Source: a virus
Taxonomy: Duplodnaviria > Caudoviricetes
Reading direction: 5' to 3' (one strand)
Virus record (IMG/VR): IMGVR_UViG_3300012943_000037
Span: 1-57,632 of that record
DNA length: 57,632 bases
Below are positions 25,540 to 35,774 of the stretch, piece by piece. Both the position numbers and the translations under genes were made by a program. Within the stretch, counting starts at the first letter, position 1. The number at the start of each line of letters is the position of its first letter. The notes beneath the pieces were generated by a model. That model made no database searches, was not told where the DNA came from, and was given only the letters and a program-made list of their open reading frames with translations.

Positions 25540-25926
25540 ATGAAAAAGGAAGAGCTGTTTGAAAAATTGAAGGATTTAGGGATTGAAACAAAAAATGCGT
25601 TTCCCAAATCCTCATTTATCTACAACAAAGATGTTCACATCGGGTTGTATGAAAGAGAGATGAAAGATGATTTTTACTTCGTCAATAAGTATGACGGAAA
25701 GATTTACAGGTGGAATCATGATTTAGAGTCGTATGATTACGACGATAATACTGAAAAGTATATGATACCATTAAGTAGATGTAAGTTGGTTTGGGAAGAC
25801 AAACCATTTGTTGAAAAGCCTGATAAACCATTTAAGGAGATGACTTTAAGAGAATATGCATGTATTCACCTACAAGTCCCTGATAGTGGATTGGAGTGGC
25901 TTGACAATCTTATTTCAAAGAATTAA
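25540..25926 (+). CDS. hypothetical protein
   Basis: C-terminal MTLREYACIHLQVPDSGLEWLD motif. Confidence 0.6.
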   Translation: MKKEELFEKLKDLGIETKNAFPKSSFIYNKDVHIGLYEREMKDDFYFVNKYDGKIYRWNHDLESYDYDDNTEKYMIPLSRCKLVWEDKPFVEKPDKPFKEMTLREYACIHLQVPDSGLEWLDNLISKN

Positions 25927-25941
25927 AAAAAGAAAAAACCC

Positions 25942-26187
25942 ATGACGAAAGAAGAATGGGTTAGAGTAAGAGAAGAACCACATATCCCTTTGGGTGTGTG
26001 GTTTTCTTATTATAAGGAAAATGGAGGGACTATTGATGATCCTATTGAATTTGAGAAAAAGTTCAATGAGGTTGTCAGTAGTCCCTTTGTTACCTATAGT
26101 GAGTTATACAATACTCTTATGCACATAACCCCACAGTCAGCAAAGGCACGGTTGTTTAATTATTATGACTCAATTTATGACATATGA
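25942..26187 (+). CDS. hypothetical protein
   Basis: ORF track. Confidence 0.55.
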   Translation: MTKEEWVRVREEPHIPLGVWFSYYKENGGTIDDPIEFEKKFNEVVSSPFVTYSELYNTLMHITPQSAKARLFNYYDSIYDI

Positions 26188-26888
26188 GACATGACAAATA
26201 TGAAAGACGATATAAGGAATTTATTCGTCTTGACAAAGAGTTGGATGAGGTATGGCAGAAACAGAGACAATTACCTCTGATACCTTATGATAAACCTATC
26301 CAGAATGGCTGGACAATGGGTTATGAGTTGAGAAGTGACATTGCCAGAAGAGATGATGCTAAATGGATTCAGATGGCATTAGACACTGGTTATAAGCCTC
26401 AGTACCTGAGAAGTGTTAAACATGTACGCATGATAAGGGCTGGTCACAAAGGTTACTACGAAACCAACTATAAAGGTAAAAAATATTGGGTATCATTTGG
26501 CCCTGCTATTGTATGGCTTAAGAAAGAACAGTATGAGAAATTACATCCTGCTGTAAAGAAATACTTCTATAAGCCTATATGGGGATGGTGGGAATATCCC
26601 AACCATAGAAATCACTATAAGATTGAAATACCTCAATTTTGGCTTACTGTGAAGGTACGTCCTCATTATTTAACCCATTATCGAAACATTGATCCCAACT
26701 TACAGAGTAGGGAAAGATGGTTGAGAGATAAGTTAGATAGCTACTATAGAGAATTTGCACGTAGTTATCATAAATCTTATCCTGCATATAAGGATAGGGC
26801 TAAAGTAAGAACAGCCATCAAGAACTTTATGATAGGAGCTACGGAAGATATTCCTATTGAAAAAATCCCATTAGAGTACGATTTTTAA
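26184..26888 (+). CDS. basic hypothetical protein
   Basis: 234-aa coupled ORF. Confidence 0.6.
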   Translation: MRHDKYERRYKEFIRLDKELDEVWQKQRQLPLIPYDKPIQNGWTMGYELRSDIARRDDAKWIQMALDTGYKPQYLRSVKHVRMIRAGHKGYYETNYKGKKYWVSFGPAIVWLKKEQYEKLHPAVKKYFYKPIWGWWEYPNHRNHYKIEIPQFWLTVKVRPHYLTHYRNIDPNLQSRERWLRDKLDSYYREFARSYHKSYPAYKDRAKVRTAIKNFMIGATEDIPIEKIPLEYDF

Positions 26889-26898
26889 TTACCTTTGT

Positions 26899-27147
26899 AT
26901 GAGTAAAGAATTATTTAAAGAGAAAGCATATAAAATGTTGTACCAAAAGTACAAGAGCTTATATGAAACCATATACTTCAGAGCATCAAATGCTAAAGAA
27001 TATGGACAAAAAGATGACCAATTAAAGGTCATTGAGACGATCATCGAGAAAGATAAGTATCCACATATTGGAATACAGAGTGAGTCCGACAGAAAAATTA
27101 TTGAAATGTTGGAGTATCTTCTTGATGATAACCAAGTTGTTAAATGA
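26899..27147 (+). CDS. hypothetical protein
   Basis: ORF track. Confidence 0.55.
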   Translation: MSKELFKEKAYKMLYQKYKSLYETIYFRASNAKEYGQKDDQLKVIETIIEKDKYPHIGIQSESDRKIIEMLEYLLDDNQVVK

Positions 27148-28391
27148 TGTTGACGTTAAGAAAATACCAAGAGTTAGCTGTAGAGGCAGGATATAAATCC
27201 CTCAAACACTCAAAAAGTAATGAGGTAATTGTGGCTCCAACGGCTTCAGGAAAATCAGTGATAATCAGTGAATTATGTCATCGTTTAGACGAACCTACAC
27301 TGATTCTCCAACCTACCAAGGAAATATTAGAGCAGAATTACAGTAAACTGGTAAATAACTATGGTGTCTTAGACATCGGTATATACTCTGCCTCCATGAA
27401 CAGAAAGGATGTCGGCAAATTTACCTATGCTACGATTGGAAGTATATACAAGAAACCGGAACTGTTTAAACATTTTAAGTACGTATTAGTTGATGAGTGT
27501 CACTTGGTAAACCCTCAGGGTTTTGGTATGTATAAAACATTCTTCCAAGGAATCGGAAATCCCAAGGTATTGGGCTTGACTGCAACACCCTATAGGTTGT
27601 GTCAGAAGTATTTCCGTGATAAGGGGGATATGTATTATACGTCTATGCTACAGGTACTGAACAGGATACCACCTTTTTTCTTCAAATCTTTTGCGTTTAA
27701 AATAACGAATAAAAGACTGTTTGATGAGGGTTATCTTGCTCCCATTGATTATGTATATCCCGAAAAAGGGATGGATTTGAGTAGTCTGAAGCTCAACACG
27801 ACTGGTGCTGACTTTGATGAGGCTACTATGGAGAAGTTTATCAATTCTCCTTCAAATATAACAAATCTGGTGGAAGCTATAGTTCAGGAAGACCACAGAC
27901 TACGTAATAACCTGATCTTTTGTAGTTCCATAAAACATGCAACATTATCTGCTGAGATGTTAGCTGGAATGGGCTATGATTGTGAGGTATTAACTGGTAA
28001 AGACAGTTCAGAAAGGAGAACTCAGGTTCTGACAGATTTTAAAAGTGGCAAGATAAAAAGACTTCTTAACGTAGGAGTTCTCACAACGGGGTTTGACATG
28101 CCCACTTTATATGGGGTTACTTTGGCACGTCCTACCTTAAGTTTGGCACTCTACTATCAAATAGTAGGAAGGATGATTAGGTTAGACCCAGATAACCCCA
28201 ATAAGGTTGGGACATTCTTGGACATAACCAACGCTTCAAAAAGAATGGGCAGAATTGAAACTATCCGTCTTACTAAAGAGGATGGTGGATATAAGGATCA
28301 GGTAGAAACAGAAGTTGGTGTCCTGTCCGGTATGCCATTATTCACTTTCCAAATTACCAACAAAGAAAAGTTGTCACGATTAAACAAATAA
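27144..28391 (+). CDS. Superfamily 2 DExH helicase (RadD/UvsW-like)
   Basis: LRKYQ, APTASGKS, DECH, LTATP, LTTGFDMP and QIVGRMIR motifs. Confidence 0.92.
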   Translation: MMLTLRKYQELAVEAGYKSLKHSKSNEVIVAPTASGKSVIISELCHRLDEPTLILQPTKEILEQNYSKLVNNYGVLDIGIYSASMNRKDVGKFTYATIGSIYKKPELFKHFKYVLVDECHLVNPQGFGMYKTFFQGIGNPKVLGLTATPYRLCQKYFRDKGDMYYTSMLQVLNRIPPFFFKSFAFKITNKRLFDEGYLAPIDYVYPEKGMDLSSLKLNTTGADFDEATMEKFINSPSNITNLVEAIVQEDHRLRNNLIFCSSIKHATLSAEMLAGMGYDCEVLTGKDSSERRTQVLTDFKSGKIKRLLNVGVLTTGFDMPTLYGVTLARPTLSLALYYQIVGRMIRLDPDNPNKVGTFLDITNASKRMGRIETIRLTKEDGGYKDQVETEVGVLSGMPLFTFQITNKEKLSRLNK

Positions 28392-28393
28392 AG

Positions 28394-28705
28394 ATGGAAA
28401 CAACTGTAAAGAAACCCCCATTCGTGACTGAATTTGGGGGTTCAGCCATTATAGAAAGAGGAGAATGGCTTTATTGCATTGAGAAAAATGTTCAAATCCT
28501 AACATCAGCACTTACTGAGGCTATGAGTCTTGTAAACAAAAAACCTGTTTTACAGAAGTTTACAGTAGGTATACAGATAAAAGGAAATGAACATGTATTC
28601 TTATGGAGAGATGAATACAATATCCATATTGGATGTCTCAACGAACCAAAAATCGTTTTTAACAAAAAGTATCAGCAATTAATCAAACATTTAAATAGTA
28701 AATAA
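28394..28705 (+). CDS. hypothetical protein
   Basis: ORF track. Confidence 0.55.
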   Translation: METTVKKPPFVTEFGGSAIIERGEWLYCIEKNVQILTSALTEAMSLVNKKPVLQKFTVGIQIKGNEHVFLWRDEYNIHIGCLNEPKIVFNKKYQQLIKHLNSK

Positions 28706-30156
28706 TGTCAACACCAAACAAAGTGGCAGTAGTGCCTACAGGAAAAGCTACGAAAAAGAGTAAGTCAAAAATTGACGATGCTGATGCATACCTCAAACAA
28801 AAGTTGGTTGAGGTAGTCGGTAGTGATAAAAGTTATCATGATATTTTATCCTACATCAAGAATGAGATTACCGAGAGTACACGTATCATCTCATTCAATT
28901 ACAAAATCAAATGCTTCCTTGAAGATGGTGCTTATGCACTTAGCAGGGCAGTTGAGGAAATTCATGGTTTTACCACACAACAGGACAGAAAAGGCCCATC
29001 TGGTAATAACCCTCCTCAAATGATTGACGTGCGTTTTGCTGATGGTACTCGTGAGAAAGTTCCATTTGGTAAAATTTCCTTACCAGCCATTGGTGAAGGA
29101 GCACACGTTGATATGCAGTATGATGATAAATCTCAGTTACTACTGTTGAATGGACAGTGTGAAAAGAGATTTGTTCGTTTGATGGACGAAATTGTGGAAG
29201 AAACCACAAGACTGGTCAGAGAGGATTCTATCTACCGGGGTAAGGCAATCAAGATTGTTGATGAGAAGTCATCACCTTCATTCATTGATTTGTCTACGAT
29301 AGATCAAACTCCTCTGTTCCTTACACCTGATGCAGTGTTTGCTACACAGCCTATTGAGGCACGTATTGAACACACTGACAGATGTAAGAAAAATGGCATT
29401 GACCTGAAATTCGGTGTGTTATTGGAAGGTAATTATGGTACTGGTAAGACCCTCTACGCCTTTAAGTTGGCACTGAAAGCCATCAACAACGGTTGGTCAT
29501 TTATCTATTGCCCAAATCCGGAGAAAGCACTTTACGTATTGGAAGTAGCAGCAATGTTATCCAAAAATGGTAAAGGTGTGGTAATCTTCTTGGAAGATAT
29601 AGATAAAGTCCTGAATGAGAGAAATTCCGTGACAAACGAGATTTCCCTTATGATGGATGGTGGTGAGACCAAACATATGAACATCATCACAATTCTTACC
29701 ACCAATCACTTGGAGAGAATTGATCCTACCTTCATAAGAGGTAAAAGGATTGGTTCAATTGTTACCTTGTCATATCCTGACAAAGCAACTGCCAAGAAAA
29801 TGATTGAGAGGTATTTGGTAGATGAATTTGGCAACAGTCTTCTGGAGGAAGATTGTGAAGATGCTGCAATGGAAATTGAGAAACACAAAATCGTTCCAGC
29901 ATTTATTGCCGAGATTCTTGACAGAGTTAAATCACATCTGATCTATTCAGGTAGGACAACTGTAAACTGTCTGGACATCATTAACTCCATTAAGTCCTAC
30001 AAAAAACAAATGGAGATAGCAACAGTTAAGGTTGGTCAGGAATCAATCGATGAACTGTTTGTTAGATCATTCAAAACTATGGTTAATGCTCCAGAAGTGG
30101 ACATGACTAAGTTACGTGAAATGATGGGTGAAGTTCTTGCTGAAAGAGGCTTCTAA
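28705..30156 (+). CDS. AAA+ ATPase
   Basis: GNYGTGKT, IFLEDID and TTNHLERIDPTFIRGKRI motifs. Confidence 0.88.
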   Translation: MSTPNKVAVVPTGKATKKSKSKIDDADAYLKQKLVEVVGSDKSYHDILSYIKNEITESTRIISFNYKIKCFLEDGAYALSRAVEEIHGFTTQQDRKGPSGNNPPQMIDVRFADGTREKVPFGKISLPAIGEGAHVDMQYDDKSQLLLLNGQCEKRFVRLMDEIVEETTRLVREDSIYRGKAIKIVDEKSSPSFIDLSTIDQTPLFLTPDAVFATQPIEARIEHTDRCKKNGIDLKFGVLLEGNYGTGKTLYAFKLALKAINNGWSFIYCPNPEKALYVLEVAAMLSKNGKGVVIFLEDIDKVLNERNSVTNEISLMMDGGETKHMNIITILTTNHLERIDPTFIRGKRIGSIVTLSYPDKATAKKMIERYLVDEFGNSLLEEDCEDAAMEIEKHKIVPAFIAEILDRVKSHLIYSGRTTVNCLDIINSIKSYKKQMEIATVKVGQESIDELFVRSFKTMVNAPEVDMTKLREMMGEVLAERGF

Positions 30157-30162
30157 TTATTG

Positions 30163-30188
30163 AGAGGGAGAGAAATCTCCCTCTTTTT
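30163..30188 (+). terminator. Intrinsic terminator
   Basis: AGAGGGAGA-GAAA-TCTCCCTCT-TTTT. Confidence 0.75.
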
Positions 30189-30197
30189 ATCCTTTAA

Positions 30198-30677
30198 ATG
30201 ATTTGTATGAGTTTGAAACAACAAATTATGGAGAAATTATTCGCAGAAAAACCACTGACGAATGAGGAGATTCTCCATATTGGTAGTCGTCTAAGGGACG
30301 ATGACGAAGAAGTAAAAGAGGAAGGAGTAAAGAAAAGTAGAAAAAAGAAATCAACCCTTCCTGCCTTCAACCATGATGAGAAGGAAAGTCTACAAAAAGC
30401 ATGTGGCTTGACAGACAGTGATTTCGATCACATTAACAAATTACTCCGTTCAGAGGTTATGGACAGGAAAGATGAGTTGAGTTGTGATAGTAAGGTCATA
30501 GAGGTATATGAGAAAATTGCTTTGGCAAAACCTCAGAATATCCGGTTATTGATGTTCCAGTATGTGAGAATGAAACATAGACTGGAGAAGGGTGATGGAG
30601 GAATTGGCATAAAAATTGGTGGTAATGGTGGAAGCCTTGGAGATTTCCTTGACTTTCTGAGGAGAGGTGGACACTAA
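30198..30677 (+). CDS. hypothetical protein
   Basis: ORF track. Confidence 0.6.
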   Translation: MICMSLKQQIMEKLFAEKPLTNEEILHIGSRLRDDDEEVKEEGVKKSRKKKSTLPAFNHDEKESLQKACGLTDSDFDHINKLLRSEVMDRKDELSCDSKVIEVYEKIALAKPQNIRLLMFQYVRMKHRLEKGDGGIGIKIGGNGGSLGDFLDFLRRGGH

Positions 30678-30879
30678 TAAAACTAAAATAAATGTCCAAG
30701 AAAAAGAGGAAAATTGAAAAATATTCCTTACCTTTGTATACCAAAGTTGATAAAAAAGGGGTGGTTAAAACCCCTTTTCTTATCTTCAAAGGGCCAGTCT
30801 TCAGTCCAAAACTGAAGAAGAATGTTGTTGAAATGCTATGGCATTGGAACAACTGATGATGTGAAATTTTAATTTATAT

Positions 30880-31569
30880 ATGAGTGTAAAGAGTATTGTA
30901 AAAGAAGAACCCACTAAAGTTGGGGAGAATAGGAGAACAGATTTCGGAAAGGTGCTTGTTATTGGGCCTTCTGGGTATGGAAAATCTTACTTAGCTAAAA
31001 CAGCTAATCCAGAGACGACTGGATATATAAACGTTGAGAGGAAACCCCTTCCTTACAAAGGAGGATTCAAATTCACTGGCCGTCCTAAAACATGGAACGG
31101 ATTCTTAAGGAATCTGGAAGACTACGGCAAGAATCCTGAAGTTGTAGCAATCATAATTGACTCACAATCAATGGCTTTTGATATGCTTCACAAAGAAATG
31201 AAACAGGCTTATAAAGGCTTTGAGATATATGGTAAATATAACTCAGAGTTAACCCGTTACTTTGATTTGATGAAGGATATTGAGAAGGATATTATTGTGG
31301 TTAGTCATGATGAAACTGTTGTTGAAACAGGATTCAAGAAAAGAACTGCAAAGGTTCATGGTAAAGAATTTGAAGGACGTGTTGAGGCACAATACACAAC
31401 TGTATTGTTTGCTGATAAACGTTTAAGGGATGGTAAACCAGATCATTTTCTGAGAACATTTCAGGAAGATACTTCAACAAAAGTACCTGAGGGAATGTTT
31501 GGTGATGAAATGGAAATTCCTAACTCAGCAGAGTATATTTTTAAGGCACTGGAAGCCTACTATAGTTAA
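30880..31569 (+). CDS. AAA_24 / Sak4-like ATPase (ssDNA annealing)
   Basis: GPSGYGKS, IIIDS and VVSH motifs; adjacent to putative SSB and primase. Confidence 0.78.
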   Translation: MSVKSIVKEEPTKVGENRRTDFGKVLVIGPSGYGKSYLAKTANPETTGYINVERKPLPYKGGFKFTGRPKTWNGFLRNLEDYGKNPEVVAIIIDSQSMAFDMLHKEMKQAYKGFEIYGKYNSELTRYFDLMKDIEKDIIVVSHDETVVETGFKKRTAKVHGKEFEGRVEAQYTTVLFADKRLRDGKPDHFLRTFQEDTSTKVPEGMFGDEMEIPNSAEYIFKALEAYYS

Positions 31570-31597
31570 TAAGAAGAATTAAAATTTGCATAAGAAC

Positions 31598-32521
31598 ATG
31601 GCATTTAAGGGAAAAGCAAAGGAAAAGAGTAAAGAATTCACAAAGGATTTGTTTGTTGGATTTTCAAAAGTAAGAGTGGTGGCACTCAATCCTACAAGGG
31701 CTGAATTGAGTAAGCTTTTTGGTAAGAGTGAGGATGAAGAAGAAAAAGAAGAGTTTAAGTATTTGGATGAAGATAAAGACGGAAACAGACGTTTGAGATT
31801 GGCATTCTGGCTCTATGACGAAGATAATGATAAATACTTCGTCCAAAATCTTTCTTTAGTTGATGAAGAGAGAAAGAACAAGGAAGGAAATAAAGTACAA
31901 ATCATCAACTCTACATGTGGTACATCTTGGGTTCCTTATAAAGAGGATGCTAAAGGTAATATCACAGATGAAGTTGAGGAAGGTTTGATACAGGATTGGT
32001 TCATTCAGTTCACTGACAAGACTAAACAATTTCTTGGTAAGAAGAAATGGAAGAAAGCAATCAGAGGTGAAGAAGAGTTAGGTATATTCCTTAGAGCATG
32101 GTTAAACATGCAGTGGAATGATCCTGATACAGAAGTACTGGTTGATACTAAGAAACTGTTCCAAGAGAATTTGAAGGATTTCAAATCCATGATTGGTAAT
32201 GAAGAATTTACAAATGAATTCGTTATCTTGACTGGTGTAAGAACATCTGATGAAGATTCTACTAAGAAATATCAGGAGATTTTTAAGAAAGGTTACCTAC
32301 CACAAGGATTCATGATGTATATTAAAGCTGGCAATAAAATGTCAAATGAGTATACTAAAGGAGTCTGGAAGAAATTCACTGATAGTTTGAAGGGAGACTA
32401 TGGATTTTCATGTTTCCACAAACTGAAACCTTTAGAGAAATATAATGAGAAGGAAGACCCTGTTGGTTCAAACGCAGGTAAACCTGAAGTTCCTATTTCT
32501 CAAGAGGACAATGAATACTAA
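31598..32521 (+). CDS. putative single-stranded DNA-binding protein
   Basis: Position between Sak4-like ATPase and primase; VVALNPT...EL motif; acidic C-terminal tail. Confidence 0.5.
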   Translation: MAFKGKAKEKSKEFTKDLFVGFSKVRVVALNPTRAELSKLFGKSEDEEEKEEFKYLDEDKDGNRRLRLAFWLYDEDNDKYFVQNLSLVDEERKNKEGNKVQIINSTCGTSWVPYKEDAKGNITDEVEEGLIQDWFIQFTDKTKQFLGKKKWKKAIRGEEELGIFLRAWLNMQWNDPDTEVLVDTKKLFQENLKDFKSMIGNEEFTNEFVILTGVRTSDEDSTKKYQEIFKKGYLPQGFMMYIKAGNKMSNEYTKGVWKKFTDSLKGDYGFSCFHKLKPLEKYNEKEDPVGSNAGKPEVPISQEDNEY

Positions 32522-32543
32522 AATAGTACAGGTTAATAAATAC

Positions 32544-32574
32544 GGGGCTGCATTTCTATGCTGGCCCCTTTTTT
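32544..32574 (+). terminator. Intrinsic terminator
   Basis: GGGGCTGCAT-TTCT-ATGCTGGCCCC-TTTTTT. Confidence 0.7.
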
Positions 32575-32645
32575 GTCCCTATAGTTCAATGGAAGAACAA
32601 CAGATTTCTAATCTGTATATGGTGGTTCGACTCCACCTAGGGATT
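32575..32645 (+). tRNA. tRNA-Arg(TCT)
   Basis: GTCCCTA/TAGGGAT, GTTC/GAAC, ACAGA-TTTCTAA-TCTGT, GGTGG-TTCGACT-CCACC. Confidence 0.9.
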
Positions 32646-32658
32646 CTAATATATTATT

Positions 32659-33678
32659 ATGATTAAGGGTAAGACAAACAGCAGACTAACAAGGGAGAAT
32701 ATCTTATCTAAAATTACTACTTATGATATATACAGGTATTACCAAGGCCCATTTAAGCTAAATACAGTTCTAGTTAATAGACATAGGGGTGAGAAAGACC
32801 CTTCCCTGATAATTGGTAACAAACTATCTGATACTCTGACACATAAGGATTTTGGTGATAGAGCATGGAGAGGTGACTGTTTTGCTTTTGTACAGCAGAT
32901 ATTCTCCTGTGACTTCAGAATGGCACTATCCATAATCAATAGAGACTTTAATCTGGGATTAGATGGAACTCCTATTACAGAGGGTAAGAAGATAATTACA
33001 TGGACTACACCAGATATAGTGGTAAAACATCCACCTCTTATACAAATAGTCACACGTCCCTTAACTAAAGAAGAGTGGGATTATTGGGGCTGTTATCATC
33101 AGGGTGAGGAAGATATTACCAGAGAACATATATATGCACCAAGACAGATATGGAGAAATAAGAGAAGGATGTCTCTTGGAGACATGATGACATTCTGTTA
33201 TTATTATCCCGATCTGGATAAGTGGAAAATATATAGACCTCGTGCTCCTAAGAGAAGTAAAGATACACCTCCTAATATGTGGAAGTGGGATACTAATCTA
33301 CCTTTCAACTATGTGGAGAATATAGAAGCTGTAAGGAACGCAAAACTTGGAGTTTTAGGTAAGAGTAAAAAGGATAGAATGGTTCTAAGAAAAGCACTGG
33401 AGATAGAGAGTATAGCCAGTGTACAAGCTGAAGACCCATCCTGTATGACAGAAGAGGCTCTGGAAATATTTGATACATGCCAGAGAAAATTAGCTGTCAG
33501 TGATAATGATAAGAAGGGTAAGGATTTCAGTTGGTGGTTAACTGAGAATCATGGATTTAGACATTGTAACGTACCTGATAAGTATATAGCAGAGAACTGT
33601 ACAGATTTTGCTGATCTGTCCTGTGTATATGATTTAGATAAAGTTACACAACATTTCAAAAGAAAAAGATTTATCTAA
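32659..33678 (+). CDS. DNA primase (crAss-like, TOPRIM-type)
   Basis: R-x-EKDPS, KDFG...GDCF-x-FV, KSKKD, DNDKKG and TDFAD motifs. Confidence 0.8.
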   Translation: MIKGKTNSRLTRENILSKITTYDIYRYYQGPFKLNTVLVNRHRGEKDPSLIIGNKLSDTLTHKDFGDRAWRGDCFAFVQQIFSCDFRMALSIINRDFNLGLDGTPITEGKKIITWTTPDIVVKHPPLIQIVTRPLTKEEWDYWGCYHQGEEDITREHIYAPRQIWRNKRRMSLGDMMTFCYYYPDLDKWKIYRPRAPKRSKDTPPNMWKWDTNLPFNYVENIEAVRNAKLGVLGKSKKDRMVLRKALEIESIASVQAEDPSCMTEEALEIFDTCQRKLAVSDNDKKGKDFSWWLTENHGFRHCNVPDKYIAENCTDFADLSCVYDLDKVTQHFKRKRFI

Positions 33679-34163
33679 TGGAAACTAAAATCGAAAGAGA
33701 AAGAAAGTGGTTACTCAAAAGAGTGCCGGATGAGGCATATAATCACACGACAATGGATATAACTCAACTCTATACTGAAGATGGCTGGAGATATAGGGAA
33801 ACTGTACCTATATCAGATACTACAGAGCCTACCTATGAAAAATTAAAGAAAATTTCTGTAGGTAGAGGTATTAATCAGGAGGTTAATATACAGAAGATCA
33901 CAAGAGATGAATTTCTTGAAATTTATGAACAAGAGAACGTTAAAGGTGTTAGAAAGTACAGACATGTTGTAGATGGTCATATACATACATACGAATTTGA
34001 CGATTTCATTTCTTGTAATTTAGCTATACTTGAGGTAGAAGACGTGGATATGGATGATACCATAGTTTTTCCAGACTGGGTTGAAAAAGAGATCATTATG
34101 GAAGTTACAGGTAATCCACTATTTAGTAACGCAAATCTGGCAATAGATGCAAAAGAATTATGA
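33678..34163 (+). CDS. CYTH-domain (triphosphate tunnel) protein
   Basis: ERERKWL, KYR, EFD, LEVE and EVTGNP-x-FSN-x-NLA motifs. Confidence 0.8.
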   Translation: METKIERERKWLLKRVPDEAYNHTTMDITQLYTEDGWRYRETVPISDTTEPTYEKLKKISVGRGINQEVNIQKITRDEFLEIYEQENVKGVRKYRHVVDGHIHTYEFDDFISCNLAILEVEDVDMDDTIVFPDWVEKEIIMEVTGNPLFSNANLAIDAKEL

Positions 34164-34887
34164 AATTATTAAAGATGAGAAACTTCTTAGGGATTTTATC
34201 AACTGGCTACCAGATACTGAGGCTCATGAGCAGTACTATGTCTGTCTATTTGCCAGAAATAAATATTGCAAAGATATTAGTCACATCAAGAGTGACAAAG
34301 CTCAACTCAAAAGGTTTACGTCAACCAAAGAGAGGTTATTTGACAAAATTAGGCAATTGGAGTGCCCGATTGGTTCGTACAAACAGTACAAGACGGGGAA
34401 AGGGGAAACTATCGACATCCCACAAGAAGCATTAGCATTATATATTACTCCAACTCCAAGAGATTTGTGGGGTGCAACATTTGAATCACTAAGTAAGCTG
34501 GTTCAATGCATTAAAGATACCAATAAGAATATGAATCCTCAGGCTGAGGTCATGAGTGAGATTCAGAAATCTAAGGGTAAAACTAGGTATGCTCATTTTG
34601 ATTTGGATAGTGATGATCCTATCAAACTAAGTCAGGAAATAATTGATGTAACAAAGTATGTAAATAGGGAAGCTTTGACCTTGGTGAAAACCAGAGGTGG
34701 AGTTCACGTACTCATTGATCCTAAGAAAGTTACACAGGACTACAGACATACTTGGTATCAGAAAATTTCCAATATATCTTCATCTGACCAAGCTGGTGAC
34801 ATGATGTTACCTGTTATTGGTTGTACACAGGGCAATTACATTCCTCACTTTATAAATCCATTTAACAATGAGAGTATTCCAGCTTAA
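34147..34887 (+). CDS. hypothetical protein, possible AEP/primpol-like fold
   Basis: FDLD, TRGGVHV and D-MMLP pattern. Confidence 0.45.
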   Translation: MQKNYEIIKDEKLLRDFINWLPDTEAHEQYYVCLFARNKYCKDISHIKSDKAQLKRFTSTKERLFDKIRQLECPIGSYKQYKTGKGETIDIPQEALALYITPTPRDLWGATFESLSKLVQCIKDTNKNMNPQAEVMSEIQKSKGKTRYAHFDLDSDDPIKLSQEIIDVTKYVNREALTLVKTRGGVHVLIDPKKVTQDYRHTWYQKISNISSSDQAGDMMLPVIGCTQGNYIPHFINPFNNESIPA

Positions 34888-35065
34888 AGCTTCCCCAGTA
34901 AGAATGAGTCAGCATCATTTCTTTAATACTCATTCTCACACGATGAAAGGTCATCAACAACCAATCAGAACCAGAGTTTCTCCATTAGAGTATAAGAAAA
35001 GTCTTATGGAGATGTCACTGGAAGAGTTAAACAATTGTTTAATAAAGAAACCCCGAAAAAGATGA
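34868..35065 (+). CDS. small hypothetical protein
   Basis: ORF track. Confidence 0.4.
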   Translation: MRVFQLKASPVRMSQHHFFNTHSHTMKGHQQPIRTRVSPLEYKKSLMEMSLEELNNCLIKKPRKR

Positions 35066-35289
35066 AGAAATTTAAATTGGTAGGTACACATGGACGGTGG
35101 ATTACCGGCTTCTATATGGGAGTACAAATTGTACCTTCTGTAACTATTGATTACGATGGAATTAATATATTTGCAGGAGAGAGACCTACTCTTGTAAATA
35201 GTACAGATTTAATGCTTATCTATCATGATGAGAGTGGTTGTATTTGGACAGAAAAAATTGACGCAGGAGATCAAATTGAATTTTTATGA
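35062..35289 (+). CDS. hypothetical protein
   Basis: ATGA overlap start within ORF 35035..35289. Confidence 0.5.
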   Translation: MKKFKLVGTHGRWITGFYMGVQIVPSVTIDYDGINIFAGERPTLVNSTDLMLIYHDESGCIWTEKIDAGDQIEFL

Positions 35290-35774
35290 TTAAAAGAGAC
35301 GGTAGAGTTACCCCAGAAAATATTACCGAATTAAAGAAAGGACAAGTATTTGTATTCGGAAGTAATGAGAGTGGTATACATGGAGCAGGTGCTGCTCTAA
35401 CAGCTAAAGAAAAGTTTGGTGCAGAAATGGGTAAAGGATATGGGCCTACAGGCCAATGTTTTGCCATACCAACCAAGTCGTGGGATATTAAGGGTATATT
35501 ACCTATTCCTGTATTGGAGTGTTATATTGCACGTTTTACAGAGTATGCTATGATGCACCCTGAGAAAACATTCCTTGTAACTAAAATAGGTTGTGGATTA
35601 GCAGGTTATGAACCTAAGGACATTGCTCCAATATTTAGTGATTGTACTCATTTAAATAACATTCACTTACCAGAAGAGTTCTGGGATATTCTTAATGTAG
35701 TTACTAAAGAGGAGATGTATGACAGACTTAAAATCGACCATGACAACCCAAAAAATGAACTTTCAAACGTTTGA
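35286..35774 (+). CDS. Macrodomain-like protein (A1S_2505-type; candidate ADP-ribose hydrolase)
   Basis: VFVFGSNESGIHGAGAA, AIPTK and VTKIGCGLAG motifs. Confidence 0.8.
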   Translation: MIKRDGRVTPENITELKKGQVFVFGSNESGIHGAGAALTAKEKFGAEMGKGYGPTGQCFAIPTKSWDIKGILPIPVLECYIARFTEYAMMHPEKTFLVTKIGCGLAGYEPKDIAPIFSDCTHLNNIHLPEEFWDILNVVTKEEMYDRLKIDHDNPKNELSNV